64,000 bases of DNA from an uncultured Candidatus Cloacimonadota bacterium (GCA_964490765.1 CAZBDV010000009.1:17777-81776), one strand, 5' to 3'; counted from the stretch's first letter, positions 1-10,226 are shown. Numbers and translations are program-made. Notes: generated from the letters alone by a model not told the origin.

Positions 1-972
1 ATACCCATCCATCTGAGCACACAGGCCAATACCACATCATGGAAGAGTGCAGAATTCTGGGCCAGACAGGGAGTGAAACGAATCATCCTTGCCCGGGAAT
101 TATCCTTCAAAGAGATCAATGATATAATCCGGGCCGTACCAGAACTCGAATTCGAGATATTTGTTCACGGGGCGATGTGTATCTCATATTCAGGACGTTG
201 TCTTTTAAGTGCTTTCCTTAACAACCGTTCTGCCAACCGGGGACTCTGTACCCAGACCTGTCGTTGGAAATTCCACCTGATGGAAGAATCGCGGCCTGGT
301 CAGTACTTCCCGATAGAAGAAGATGAGAGGGGAGCATATATACTCAATTCACGGGATCTCTCCCTTTTTGACCATCTCCCGGAGATCATTGATTCTTCAA
401 TAACCTCTCTGAAGATAGAGGGGAGAATGAAGAGCCCTTATTATGTAGCCAATACAACAAGAGTATATAAGACAGCTGTAAAACTCGTGAAAGAGGGAAA
501 GACTATACCACCTGCTCTAAAAGAGGAGCTCGACAGGATCAGTCACAGGCAGTATACTACCGGGTTCTTTTCCCCTCAGGAGACAGAGACCCAGTATTAT
601 GAATCTTCCAGTTATATCCGTAACTATCAGTACCTGGGTGAAATTCTGGAGAGTGAAACCTGGTTGAAAGAGAGTGACGGCCAGCCAGTAAAAAGATATT
701 ATAAAGCTTTGGTAAACGTAAAATCTAAGTTCGCTCGCAACGAGGAGATTGAGATCGTTTTCCCCGATTACAGAGAGGATTTGATTTTATCGGTTGACGA
801 GATTTACTCTCCTGAAGATGAATTGCTGGAAGAGACAAAACCGAATAGTACCGTTATTCTGTTATGGAATGAATCTAACTGCCGTTATCTCCATAAAGAG
901 TTACGTGAAAAGGGGAAAGAAGAGAAATATGAACTGGCTCAATACGCTATTTTACGTAAGAAGATCGTCTAA
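1..972 (+). CDS. Peptidase U32 family protein (5'-truncated at window edge)
   Basis: Frame 1 is open from nt 1 (IPIHLSTQANTTSWKSAEFWARQGVKRIILARELS...) and runs into track ORF 73..972. FVHGAMCISYSGRCLLS and KIEGRMKSPYY match conserved U32 (collagenase-like) motifs. Confidence 0.8.
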   Translation: MPIHLSTQANTTSWKSAEFWARQGVKRIILARELSFKEINDIIRAVPELEFEIFVHGAMCISYSGRCLLSAFLNNRSANRGLCTQTCRWKFHLMEESRPGQYFPIEEDERGAYILNSRDLSLFDHLPEIIDSSITSLKIEGRMKSPYYVANTTRVYKTAVKLVKEGKTIPPALKEELDRISHRQYTTGFFSPQETETQYYESSSYIRNYQYLGEILESETWLKESDGQPVKRYYKALVNVKSKFARNEEIEIVFPDYREDLILSVDEIYSPEDELLEETKPNSTVILLWNESNCRYLHKELREKGKEEKYELAQYAILRKKIV

Positions 973-2005
973 ACTATTATCGTTTAATAGACTCTTTACT
1001 ACCTCGATCTTTATTCTGCTCCTCTATACTATCAATGCCAATCCCTCACTAGCCGGTCAGCCTCACTGGCTTGACGAGATCGAGCAACACTATCTTGCCG
1101 GTAACTGGACAATGATCGAGACAATTCTCAATGCCAATCAACCCGTAAACGATCTGGAGAGAGCCGGACATTACTACTACAGAGCAAGAATAGCACTGGA
1201 GAGCGAGGAGATCATACCTCTCCTTGAGGAAGCGGTTAATATCGCTCCGGATCTGATATATGGCCAGAGAGCCCTCGTAGAACTGGCCAACCTCTACAGT
1301 TTGGAGAGAAATTACAATAAGAGCCTTGACTATCTTCTGCAGTTGAGTCCGCAGTTGATCTCAGAACGTGACTATCTTCTCGCTTCAGTCTACCTGAAGA
1401 TAGAACGGTATCCAGAAGCGATAAGAGCTGCTCAGGATTTCATAGCAATCACTAAAGACAGTATCAAACGAGAACTCGCATACATGATAATAGTCGAGGC
1501 CTATCTGCTCAACAATCAATTTAACCTGGCACTGATGAATCTCGAAACGATGAGAAATCAAGACTTTATTAAGAACCATCATGCAAGTGTAGATTATAAA
1601 GAGGCTTACTGCCTGGAGATGATCGGTGAAAGGACCAGGGCAGTTAACAAATACAACCAGGTAATAACAGGCTATCCCTATTCTGAATATGCCTTCAGAG
1701 CAGAGAAGAGACTCTATGAAGTCCTTCTTACCACTCCGGAATATAAAAGTACTGAAGTTACAACCCCGAGTGCGCTCAATTACTATGTTCAGGTCAATGC
1801 CTTTTCGGTCGAGAGAAATGCTAATTCCCATTCTGAACATCTGAGAGGTTTGGGCTTCGAGAACAGGATTATCAAGACTATCAGAGCCGATCAGACAATG
1901 TATCTAGTCGCTGTAGGACCGTTCGGTACGGAAGAAGCTGCCCGATCCATGCAGCAGGATATAAAGAACAATCTCAATTTAGACAGTTTTATCATCAGAC
2001 ACTAA
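929..2005 (+). CDS. Secreted TPR-like repeat protein with C-terminal SPOR domain
   Basis: Internal ATG at 929 gives a signal-peptide-like N-terminus (MNWLNTLFYVRRSSKLLSFNRLFTTSIFILLLYTINANPSLA). Helical TPR-like repeats follow. The C-terminus resembles a SPOR peptidoglycan-binding module (YYVQVNAFSVERNANSHSEHLRGLGF...YLVAVGPFGTEEAARSMQQDI). The track start at 794 lies inside the U32 gene. Confidence 0.65.
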   Translation: MNWLNTLFYVRRSSKLLSFNRLFTTSIFILLLYTINANPSLAGQPHWLDEIEQHYLAGNWTMIETILNANQPVNDLERAGHYYYRARIALESEEIIPLLEEAVNIAPDLIYGQRALVELANLYSLERNYNKSLDYLLQLSPQLISERDYLLASVYLKIERYPEAIRAAQDFIAITKDSIKRELAYMIIVEAYLLNNQFNLALMNLETMRNQDFIKNHHASVDYKEAYCLEMIGERTRAVNKYNQVITGYPYSEYAFRAEKRLYEVLLTTPEYKSTEVTTPSALNYYVQVNAFSVERNANSHSEHLRGLGFENRIIKTIRADQTMYLVAVGPFGTEEAARSMQQDIKNNLNLDSFIIRH

Positions 2006-2033
2006 CTAACTCAGCTGAGGACAAGAACGAGTA

Positions 2034-4685
2034 ATGCCGGAAACAAAGAAATCTAATAATGTCAAACTTACCCCCATGCTGAAACAGTTTACGAACATCA
2101 AGGAAAAACATCCCGATAAGATCATACTCTTCCGGATGGGCGATTTTTACGAAACCTTCTTCGAAGATGCAGAAAAAGCGGCAAGGATACTCGGGATTAC
2201 ACTCACATCCAGGAATAAAAAGGATGAAAATGCCATTCCACTCGCCGGATTTCCCTACCACAGCCTGAAAAATTATCTCGATAGACTGATCAAAAGTGGT
2301 GAAAAGGTAGTCATCTGCGAGCAGCTTGAAGACCCGAAAAAGGCAGTAGGATTAGTGAAACGTGATATTGTCGAGATCATCACACCGGGTGCTATCATCG
2401 ATGAACATCTGATCGAACTGAAGGAACATAACTTTCTGGCGGCTTTATACATACCAGAGAAGAATCCCAGAATCGGTTACGCTACCCTCGATATCTCAAC
2501 AGGAGATTTTAATTTTACCGAGTTTCATTGTGATCAGTTGAAAAACGAGATTCTACGCACAAAACCGAGAGAGATTATTGTCAGGGACGAAGTTACCCTG
2601 AATAGACTGAAAGAGATGAGGCTGGAATACAACCCGCTGCTCACTCTCTTCGATTCTTACTATTTTGAACCGGTAGAAGCAAAGGAGTTACTGAAAAAGG
2701 AGTTTGCAACCATCACACTGGAGGGATTTGCACCCTCCTCCCGTAATTCCGGATTAACTGCTGCAGGTGCTGCACTCGCCTATGTCCGTAATCTCAAGAA
2801 TGATGATCTGAAACATATCAACTCACTCCGTTATTATTCTCTCGAGAACTATATGCAGATCGATGAGATCTCCAGGCATAATCTGGAACTTCTGAAATCG
2901 ATCCGTTACTCTACCCGGCAAGGTAGCCTGATTTCGATTATTGACCAGACAAAGACCGCTATGGGTTCCAGGCTGCTTACTGATTGGCTACTGAGACCGC
3001 TTCTCGATATTGAGGAGATTGAAAAACGACTCGATGCCGTCCAGCAATTCAAAGAAGAGATAATCAAGACAACAGAGATAAGAGATTTGCTAAAGAATAT
3101 CGGAGACCTGAGTCGACTATTGAGTAAAATTGGTACTCTCCGTATCAATCCTCGCGAGATGATAGCCCTGAAGAATTACATCGAATCTGCTACAATAATT
3201 AAAGAGATCTTGCAGGATTTTTCGGATCCCTATGTAATCACAATAAGAGAGGGGATAGACGATTACTCATCGATAACCGGCCTGATAGAGAACAGCATCG
3301 TCGATCTCCCCCCTGTTCAGATTACTGGTGGCGGTATTCTCCAGGATGGAGTAAATCCCGAACTCGACGAGCTCAGAGAGATGAGCAGGGAGGGTAAAGG
3401 ATGGATTGCCCGTCTTGAAGACTCAGAACGGAAAAAGACCGGTATACCTTCACTGAAGGTCGGTTATAATAAGGTCTTCGGTTATTATCTGGAAGTAACC
3501 AACACACACAAAAGCAAGGTTCCTGAATACTACATCTGTAAACAGACACTGGTAAACAGTGAACGATATATCTCGCCTCAATTAAAAGAATACGAAGCTA
3601 AAGTACTCGGAGCAGAAGAGAGAATCAAGAGCCTGGAATACGAACTATTTCAGGAAATACGAGAAAAACTACTGCTGCAACTACCACTGATAAAGCAGTA
3701 TGTAGAGAAGATCGCTCTGCTTGATACTCTGACCTCATTCGCCCATCTTGCTCATTACAATAACTATACCCGCCCCTCATTCAATAGAGAGGGGATAATG
3801 GAGATCAGAGATTCACGTCATCCGGTAATAGAGAAACTCCTAGCTGAAGAGAAGTTCATACCTAACGATGTTACACTCGACAACGAAGAAAATAAGATCA
3901 TCCTGATCACTGGTCCCAATATGGCAGGTAAGTCAACATATCTCCGCCAGGTGGGGCTGCAGGCTATCCTGGCTCAGATGGGCAGTTTCATTCCTGCCGG
4001 ATCGGCAAATATGCCTCTGTTCGATAAGATCTTTACCCGGGTTGGAGCGTCAGATAATCTAGCTATGGGACAGAGTACCTTTCTAGTTGAGATGATCGAA
4101 ACTGCCAATATTCTCAATACTGCCACTCCCCAATCGTTGATCCTGCTCGATGAGATCGGAAGGGGCACGAGCACTTTCGACGGTTTGAGCCTTGCCTGGG
4201 CAATAGTAGAATACATCAGCAACCAGAAAAAAATCAATGCCAAAACACTCTTTGCCACACATTATCACGAGTTGACCGATCTGGAAGAGATCTTACCCGG
4301 CGTGAAGAACTATAACATTGCTGTCAGGGAATGGAACGAAGAGATGATTTTCATCAGAAAGATCGAAAGAGGCGGTGCTGATAAGAGCTATGGAATTCAG
4401 GTGGCAAAACTGGCCGGAATTCCCGATAAAGTAATCAAGAGAGCTAAACAGATCCTTCATAACCTTGAGCAGCAGGAGTTAAGTCCCCAGGGCTTGACTG
4501 CAACAGTCAAAAGAGAGTTGAAGCGGGCAACCGACCAGATAGATATCTTCGAAGTCCTGATGCAGGAAAACGATAAAACAGAATCGATTTTGCAGGAGAT
4601 ACGGAACATTGACCTGAATAACCTCACCCCGCTGGAAGCCATGCAGTATCTGAAAGAGTTGCAGGAGAAACTCGAGAGCGAATGA
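2034..4685 (+). CDS. mutS: DNA mismatch repair protein MutS
   Basis: 883 aa. N-terminal mismatch-binding motif (RMGDFYETFFEDA), Walker A GPNMAGKST, DEIGRGTSTFDG, and ATHYHELT. Confidence 0.95.
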   Translation: MPETKKSNNVKLTPMLKQFTNIKEKHPDKIILFRMGDFYETFFEDAEKAARILGITLTSRNKKDENAIPLAGFPYHSLKNYLDRLIKSGEKVVICEQLEDPKKAVGLVKRDIVEIITPGAIIDEHLIELKEHNFLAALYIPEKNPRIGYATLDISTGDFNFTEFHCDQLKNEILRTKPREIIVRDEVTLNRLKEMRLEYNPLLTLFDSYYFEPVEAKELLKKEFATITLEGFAPSSRNSGLTAAGAALAYVRNLKNDDLKHINSLRYYSLENYMQIDEISRHNLELLKSIRYSTRQGSLISIIDQTKTAMGSRLLTDWLLRPLLDIEEIEKRLDAVQQFKEEIIKTTEIRDLLKNIGDLSRLLSKIGTLRINPREMIALKNYIESATIIKEILQDFSDPYVITIREGIDDYSSITGLIENSIVDLPPVQITGGGILQDGVNPELDELREMSREGKGWIARLEDSERKKTGIPSLKVGYNKVFGYYLEVTNTHKSKVPEYYICKQTLVNSERYISPQLKEYEAKVLGAEERIKSLEYELFQEIREKLLLQLPLIKQYVEKIALLDTLTSFAHLAHYNNYTRPSFNREGIMEIRDSRHPVIEKLLAEEKFIPNDVTLDNEENKIILITGPNMAGKSTYLRQVGLQAILAQMGSFIPAGSANMPLFDKIFTRVGASDNLAMGQSTFLVEMIETANILNTATPQSLILLDEIGRGTSTFDGLSLAWAIVEYISNQKKINAKTLFATHYHELTDLEEILPGVKNYNIAVREWNEEMIFIRKIERGGADKSYGIQVAKLAGIPDKVIKRAKQILHNLEQQELSPQGLTATVKRELKRATDQIDIFEVLMQENDKTESILQEIRNIDLNNLTPLEAMQYLKELQEKLESE

Positions 4686-5482
4686 GAGAAGTAAAATATG
4701 ATAAGAAGAGATCCGTTATAGGGATCGACCTGCATGGTACTCTTCTGAATAGAGACTGGTCGGTTTCCGAAATCCTGCTTCCTGAATTGATCGATGCAGT
4801 AAACAGGGTTCGTTCGCAAGCCTATATCTTTATCTGTAGCGGTAATGATTTCTGTTTCACCAGAGAGGTGTTGCCTGCCCCCCTCTTCAATATCATAGAT
4901 GGCTATATCCTTGAAAACGGTTGTCTGTTTTCAGATGGGAATGAAGAGAGATTACTCGTTAACAGTAATCAGATCAAAATAATCAAGTTTTTGGAGAAGG
5001 AACTGCAGAAAATGGATCTGCCCGACCTTCTCTTTTTTGCACATAGACGGGCTACTATAAGCCTCTTTACCAAAGATCACAGAGAGGGTAATCTACCCGA
5101 CAACTTATTCGAGTATCTTGATAATATCCTGCAGAAAAACCATCTAAAAAAAGAGATAACAATCACCCACTCTGATGTAGCGGTTGATATACTCCCTGCC
5201 GGAAACTCCAAGTTTAGCGGTATATCTCGTGTTTGCCCGGAACAGAATATCATCGCTATTGCTGATTCCTGTAACGATTGGGAATTTCTTTACAGAGCTA
5301 CTGAGAGCTTCCTTCCTCAGAATTGCAGCCCATATATCGTGAACAGATTCGAGAAAAGGGGATTCTCTATCCTGCCGGTTGAGGAATACAGGAAAAGTTT
5401 CGAAAAGAGAGTTTATAGAAGTAGTTACAGTTATACTGAAGGTGTTCTCGATATCTTAGTCAGACTGGCAGATTCTCTCTGA
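4682..5482 (+). CDS. HAD-superfamily (Cof/IIB-like) hydrolase with atypical motif I
   Basis: Motif I-like GIDLHGTLL, with His where the second catalytic Asp of DxDGT is expected. Motif IV-like ADSCNDWEF. Start overlaps the mutS stop by 4 nt. Confidence 0.6.
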   Translation: MREVKYDKKRSVIGIDLHGTLLNRDWSVSEILLPELIDAVNRVRSQAYIFICSGNDFCFTREVLPAPLFNIIDGYILENGCLFSDGNEERLLVNSNQIKIIKFLEKELQKMDLPDLLFFAHRRATISLFTKDHREGNLPDNLFEYLDNILQKNHLKKEITITHSDVAVDILPAGNSKFSGISRVCPEQNIIAIADSCNDWEFLYRATESFLPQNCSPYIVNRFEKRGFSILPVEEYRKSFEKRVYRSSYSYTEGVLDILVRLADSL

Positions 5483-5530
5483 ATACTTGACTACAGAAGG
5501 AAGAACAGACGAATACCAGTTACCTGAAAT

Positions 5531-5563
5531 AAAAAACCGTTCCTGATAGAGACACAGGAACGG
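5531..5563 (-). terminator. Rho-independent terminator downstream of 5602..6417
   Basis: 9-bp stem ccgttcctg/caggaacgg (5537-5545 / 5555-5563) with a 9-nt loop. A6 at 5531-5536 on the + strand gives a T6 tail on the minus strand, about 40 nt after the stop. Confidence 0.7.
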
Positions 5564-5601
5564 TCGTGAAAGATCAATCTCTCTTTAACCTGAAGATTAG
5601 T

Positions 5602-6417
5602 TTATCTGAATGTCTTCTTGATCGTGTCAGTAAGATTATATAACTCCCTGACAGCTTCCTCCGAGTAGACATTCTCCTCGGCATAAATTATATCTCTGAT
5701 CTGATGATATAATTCATTAGAAAGGGCATAATACTCCTGCTCATGCAGGTGTTCATCCCTCACATGTTCGAGATTGTTGATCAGGGAATTAAGTATCCCT
5801 TTCTGATCAATAATACTACTCTTTTCACGGTTATAATTATTAGTTAGCAGATAAGCTGTTCTATTCAATCCCTGTGTCCAGCCACCTAACTGCATCATGG
5901 TGAAAAGATCGTATTGCCTGCTCTCATATAATGAGAGCTCTACCTCTTCCCGATAGCGCTCCAGTGAGTCTATAAGCATATCCCAATCTCCACTCTCTAC
6001 CATGCGGTGCAGTTCCTCCCCGAGTTTGAGAATCTCTTCACTCAATCCGAGAAACCTGGCATAATTAATCATCAATGAAGCAATCTGGTTAAGCTTTTCA
6101 CTGTTTCTCCCTTTGGTCGCCATAATAGCATCCGCGGTATTGACACCCAGAGCAAAAGCTACCTGATATACCTCTTCATCTACTTTAAAGACCTCCCTCT
6201 CCAGAGCCATATCGAAATCTCTGATATCGAGATAATCTAAGGCAGAGAACATCTGGTTGAACGAAGGGAGAGGAGCAAAATAGAACTCAGGTTCTCTCTC
6301 CTGTCTCTCCATCTGGATCTCCTGTCGTTCGGCTATATTACTCTGGCCAGAAACCAGACTGTAAGAGGTGAGTAACAGAACAATAAACCCCGAAAATATT
6401 ATCTTCTTTGCAAACAT
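5602..6417 (-). CDS. Secreted hypothetical protein
   Basis: Internal ATG at 6417 is preceded by AAGGAGG and gives signal peptide MFAKKIIFSGFIVLLLTSYSLVSG. The rest is helical and acidic with no domain I recognise. Lies downstream of the FHA-ABC gene on the same strand. Confidence 0.6.
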   Translation of the reverse strand: MFAKKIIFSGFIVLLLTSYSLVSGQSNIAERQEIQMERQEREPEFYFAPLPSFNQMFSALDYLDIRDFDMALEREVFKVDEEVYQVAFALGVNTADAIMATKGRNSEKLNQIASLMINYARFLGLSEEILKLGEELHRMVESGDWDMLIDSLERYREEVELSLYESRQYDLFTMMQLGGWTQGLNRTAYLLTNNYNREKSSIIDQKGILNSLINNLEHVRDEHLHEQEYYALSNELYHQIRDIIYAEENVYSEEAVRELYNLTDTIKKTFR

Positions 6418-6667
6418 CTTTTCCTCCTTAATATGCTTGGCTATAGCTATATATCGCCATCCGGAATAAATCTGAATCATTTACCCTCTTTTCTCATTCC
6501 GGACCACTAAGATATCCTTAATATTATCATAATCTATTCTGATGACTGCTAATGTCAATCTTTTTTTCTCCTGACAATATAGACTATTTCAGGCTATAAT
6601 AGATAACATAACAGGAAGATCTGATGCTAAATTCTTTCACTCTAATGGCTCAAGCTATTCACTCTGT

Positions 6668-9600
6668 TCAGATTACAGCTCCCTGTTTCTCTTTGAAGAA
6701 GTATTTCAATTTTATCAGAGTTAAGAAATTAAGAATAAAGGCATAGAGAAAGAGGATTACTAGATTGATATTGTAGGTTCTGAAGACCTTGCCCCCAACC
6801 ATTTTGCGACTGGAAAGAAAGACATTCCTTCTATGGTTCAGAAATCTTCCATCCATCAGATCAACCGCAACACCAATATCGTAGTTAGTATACCGTTCCC
6901 TCGGATACTTTCTTGCCACCTCTCCCCTCTTCCTGTAAACGTCGCTCAGAGTAGTGTCATACTCCTGTTCATCTATCTCTCCTGCACGAAACTCTTTACG
7001 GAGTTGTACCAATTTGTCATCAAGCTTCTGTATCCTCTTCTCATAGCTATTCAACCTTGCCTGGGCAGTAAACAGACCTTCGAACAACCATCTGGAAGGG
7101 ATAACCTGAACAACCTCCGGTATGGAACTCGTCTTTCTAATCGTAATGTGAGGATTCATATGTTCATAGAGAATGATTGCACCACCAAAGATTATCTGCG
7201 GTATAAGAATCAGGGGAAGAATATTGATTATTGCCCGTCTATTGTTTAAAAACGAGGAGATGAGCAGACCAAGAGAGTAGCCAATCAGACCGGCAAAGAA
7301 GAAGTAGATGACATTGACGAACATCAAGCCGGGTAACTTCAGAATAAAGATACTAACCAGATAATAGAGAAGAACCTGAAGAAGTGTAAAGAGTGAAAGG
7401 GCAATGATCTTGGAAGAAAGAAAGTAGGAGATCTTCAGATTGAGCACTTTCTCCCGTTGAATCGTCTTCCGTTCTCCCATTATCTCTTCGATACTGTTAG
7501 AGAGGCCAAGAAAGATAAAGACTATCAGAGAGACAAAGAGATAGGTGGAAATATTAGCGTTATGGTGATAGCTATATCCATCGGTACCAATTGAAGTTCT
7601 GAGTATAAAAGATATTACAAAGCCAAGTAGAGGTGCCTGGGCAAAGGTAATAAAGATATTCATCCTGTTACGTAATTTCATTAAGATATTACGCTTTAGA
7701 TAGGTTATGAACTGTGATAGATGTCCAGAAAGAGTGAGCTTTTTTCGTGATACCTCCCTCTTGGAGACAATATTCTTTATCTGTGGTTCTTCAACACTGA
7801 TAAGTTCGAAGAATTGTTTCCGCTTGTACTTGTCTCTCCAGTAATTAGGAGAAAATTTACGTCGGGGAACGAGATTCTGGTCAACCTGTTCATAAACCTT
7901 CTGGTTCATCTCATTGTAGATGGGATAATCAATTATATCCTGAAAAAAGTCGGGCATTTTCAGCTGTCTCTTTTTTTCTATCTCCTCTCTCCGGTATTTT
8001 ATCTGCTCCAGTTCGAGATCGAAATAGGTGAATACATTATCGGTAGCACCAAAAAACACAGGTTTACCACCCCTGTCCATAACAAGAACTTTATCGATCT
8101 TTTCGAATATGTTCGGGCTCGGCTGATGGATGGTAATGATAACGATCTTCCCCTGATCAGAGTAATTTTTAAGTATCTCAAAGATCTGTTCCGAATCTGT
8201 AGTAGAGAGTCCGGTAGTTGGCTCGTCACAGATAATTAATGTCGGTTCGAATAGTAGCTCCAGTGCAATATTGAGTCTTTTCCTCTCTCCACCACTTAGT
8301 AAGCTGGAGTTAATATCACCTACCCGGGTTTTTCGTCTGTGAGTAAGATTCATCTGGGTCAGGATACCGATAACCTTCCTGTCGAGAACATCCCTCGAAA
8401 TACGAGGAAGGATCAGCTTGCCACGGTAGTAGAGATTCTCATAGACTGTCAGATTGGGGAAGAGTAGGTCTTCCTGAGGTACGTATCCTATATGCTTGGC
8501 ATAGAAATAGAGGTTCTCATAGAGATTCTCGTTATTGATGAACACCCTGCCGAACCGGGGTATTATGTCAGCACTAATCGTCTTCAAGAGTGTGGATTTA
8601 CCGCAGCCACTCTTGCCCATTATTGCCAGGATTTCACCCTTTTCAGCATTGAATGATATTCCGTCGAGAGCAAGGGTTCCATCCTGAAAATAGTGCTTGA
8701 TATCAACGCTTCTGATCTGTTCTATCTCGAACGGAATGATGACAATATCGAAGTAATTATTGATGATAAACTGCTCTGAGAAGAAACTCCGTTGCCATGA
8801 CTTTTTGACACACGCTCTATCCGTTTCACCTCTCTGGCAGAATTCTGTATTGTTCAGAGTTAGAATGTCTCTGTTAAGATGATACTTGACCTTACTGTTT
8901 ACTGGTTCATTATTTAGCAGGAGTTCCCACCCCTTCTTAACGTTGTCGATGAAAAGTTCATTGTTCTCGATTCCTATTGATACAATCGTATAGGGTGTCT
9001 CTTCCTGGCTTGTAGTTAGATAGTTATGCCGGTAATTAATATAGAGGCTCTGAGGATATAATACTTCGGTGCCGATATTTTCCCGTTCTTCTATTACATT
9101 CAGCATGGTGAAAGGTTGATAACCCTTGATCTGGAGAGTATCATCGAACCTTAAGTCTACCTCCCGGTTATAGGGAAGCTCTCTCCCATTCCGAAATACG
9201 GTACCGCTGTTAAGTATAATAGAATATGAGTTATGATCATTGATCAGTTTAAAATCGTAATCTCTTTTCTTGAAATCGATAATATCATAGAGCTTACGGG
9301 CTTTGAAGATTTTTAATAGATGTCGGTAATTGAACTGCACATTCCCAACCATCAGAATAGCATCTCTGGAAAGATAATAGAGCTGATTGGGGAGTAGAAG
9401 CTTACCGTTAACATAGCTGGAGGGATTGCTGCTCGACCCGATGAAGATATAGTCGTCGATAACCATCATCAGTAACTCATTGTTGGCGATCTTCTTATCT
9501 TGAAATCTTATGTGGCAATTCTCACTGGTACCGAAAAGCAGATAATCCTGAAAAACAGCTCTGTTGGTATGCCCAATATAACGAAATCCACCAATGGAGA

Positions 9601-10033
9601 CAATCTCCTGTGAATCTGAGCCTATCGTCTCCATCAGCTTGATGAAATTATCGGTTTCGACATTAAGCTTCCGGGCCAGGTCGAGGATTTTAGTTATCTC
9701 AGAAGTGGTAAAATCCCTGTCAGCATTGGCTAGAATCATAAGACTGAGCAGCAACCTCAATTTATCGAGTGTTATTAGGTTCCTGTTGAGGTAACTTACC
9801 ACCTCATCCATAGTATATTTTTCTTGAGATAGTTTCCTGATCTTCTCTTCCCACGAGATATTCTCGTCATAGAAGGGTGTTTCCAGAAGAGAATAGAGCA
9901 TGTTAGTCTCATATAAACTGATCTCCACATCCGATTTGACAAGAATGATGTAGAGACGAGCAATCATATCGATTATCTTCATTCTTTGAGTTTTAGTCAA
10001 TTCTCTGCCGTTGTGATTACCTTTTCTTGTCAT
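6668..10033 (-). CDS. TerB-like / FHA-like / ABC transporter fusion (ABCG-type NBD plus ABC-2 permease), 1121 aa
   Basis: The N-terminal ~140 aa form a helical TerB-like module (LANADRDFTTSEITKILDLARKLNV). Degenerate FHA-like beta-sandwich segments follow (FGTSENCHIRF...IGSSSNPSSYVNGKLL). The NBD has Walker A GKSGCGKST, signature LSGGERKRLNIALEL and Walker B LIICDEPTTGLS. The C-terminus has about 6 TM helices, an inserted coiled coil, and a final TM. Confidence 0.8.
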   Translation of the reverse strand: MTRKGNHNGRELTKTQRMKIIDMIARLYIILVKSDVEISLYETNMLYSLLETPFYDENISWEEKIRKLSQEKYTMDEVVSYLNRNLITLDKLRLLLSLMILANADRDFTTSEITKILDLARKLNVETDNFIKLMETIGSDSQEIVSIGGFRYIGHTNRAVFQDYLLFGTSENCHIRFQDKKIANNELLMMVIDDYIFIGSSSNPSSYVNGKLLLPNQLYYLSRDAILMVGNVQFNYRHLLKIFKARKLYDIIDFKKRDYDFKLINDHNSYSIILNSGTVFRNGRELPYNREVDLRFDDTLQIKGYQPFTMLNVIEERENIGTEVLYPQSLYINYRHNYLTTSQEETPYTIVSIGIENNELFIDNVKKGWELLLNNEPVNSKVKYHLNRDILTLNNTEFCQRGETDRACVKKSWQRSFFSEQFIINNYFDIVIIPFEIEQIRSVDIKHYFQDGTLALDGISFNAEKGEILAIMGKSGCGKSTLLKTISADIIPRFGRVFINNENLYENLYFYAKHIGYVPQEDLLFPNLTVYENLYYRGKLILPRISRDVLDRKVIGILTQMNLTHRRKTRVGDINSSLLSGGERKRLNIALELLFEPTLIICDEPTTGLSTTDSEQIFEILKNYSDQGKIVIITIHQPSPNIFEKIDKVLVMDRGGKPVFFGATDNVFTYFDLELEQIKYRREEIEKKRQLKMPDFFQDIIDYPIYNEMNQKVYEQVDQNLVPRRKFSPNYWRDKYKRKQFFELISVEEPQIKNIVSKREVSRKKLTLSGHLSQFITYLKRNILMKLRNRMNIFITFAQAPLLGFVISFILRTSIGTDGYSYHHNANISTYLFVSLIVFIFLGLSNSIEEIMGERKTIQREKVLNLKISYFLSSKIIALSLFTLLQVLLYYLVSIFILKLPGLMFVNVIYFFFAGLIGYSLGLLISSFLNNRRAIINILPLILIPQIIFGGAIILYEHMNPHITIRKTSSIPEVVQVIPSRWLFEGLFTAQARLNSYEKRIQKLDDKLVQLRKEFRAGEIDEQEYDTTLSDVYRKRGEVARKYPRERYTNYDIGVAVDLMDGRFLNHRRNVFLSSRKMVGGKVFRTYNINLVILFLYAFILNFLTLIKLKYFFKEKQGAVI

Positions 10034-10226
10034 AGCTTTCTTCCCAACTGAGATCTTTTTCGCCCACCTATCTCAGTTAAATGATTTTGTCTATATTTAT
10101 CGTAATGATCTTCCCGGGTCTGGAGATAATAATGAGCTATAGTGTTCGGATCATAAAGTCGACAGCAATTCGGAGAAAAATAATGAGAGTAAGCAGGAAG
10201 AGAGAAGAATATAACGCTGCATGACT

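Noticed and set aside
794-928. Track ORF start at 794 for the SPOR/TPR protein
   Set aside because: The first 45 codons lie inside the U32 peptidase gene in another frame. The ATG at 929 gives a proper signal peptide. Similar long upstream extensions were trimmed for 5602..6480, 43581..45152, 48449.., 50286..51740, 54155.., 59115.., 60211.. and 62269..62844. In each case an internal ATG with a GGAGG-type RBS matches the family N-terminus.
10046-10078. 9-bp inverted repeat (aactgagat ... atctcagtt) between the DUF2851 gene and the FHA-ABC gene
   Set aside because: No U-tract follows on the minus strand, so it is not an intrinsic terminator. The 15-nt loop makes it a weak structure. It may be a 5'-UTR element, but there is no supporting evidence.
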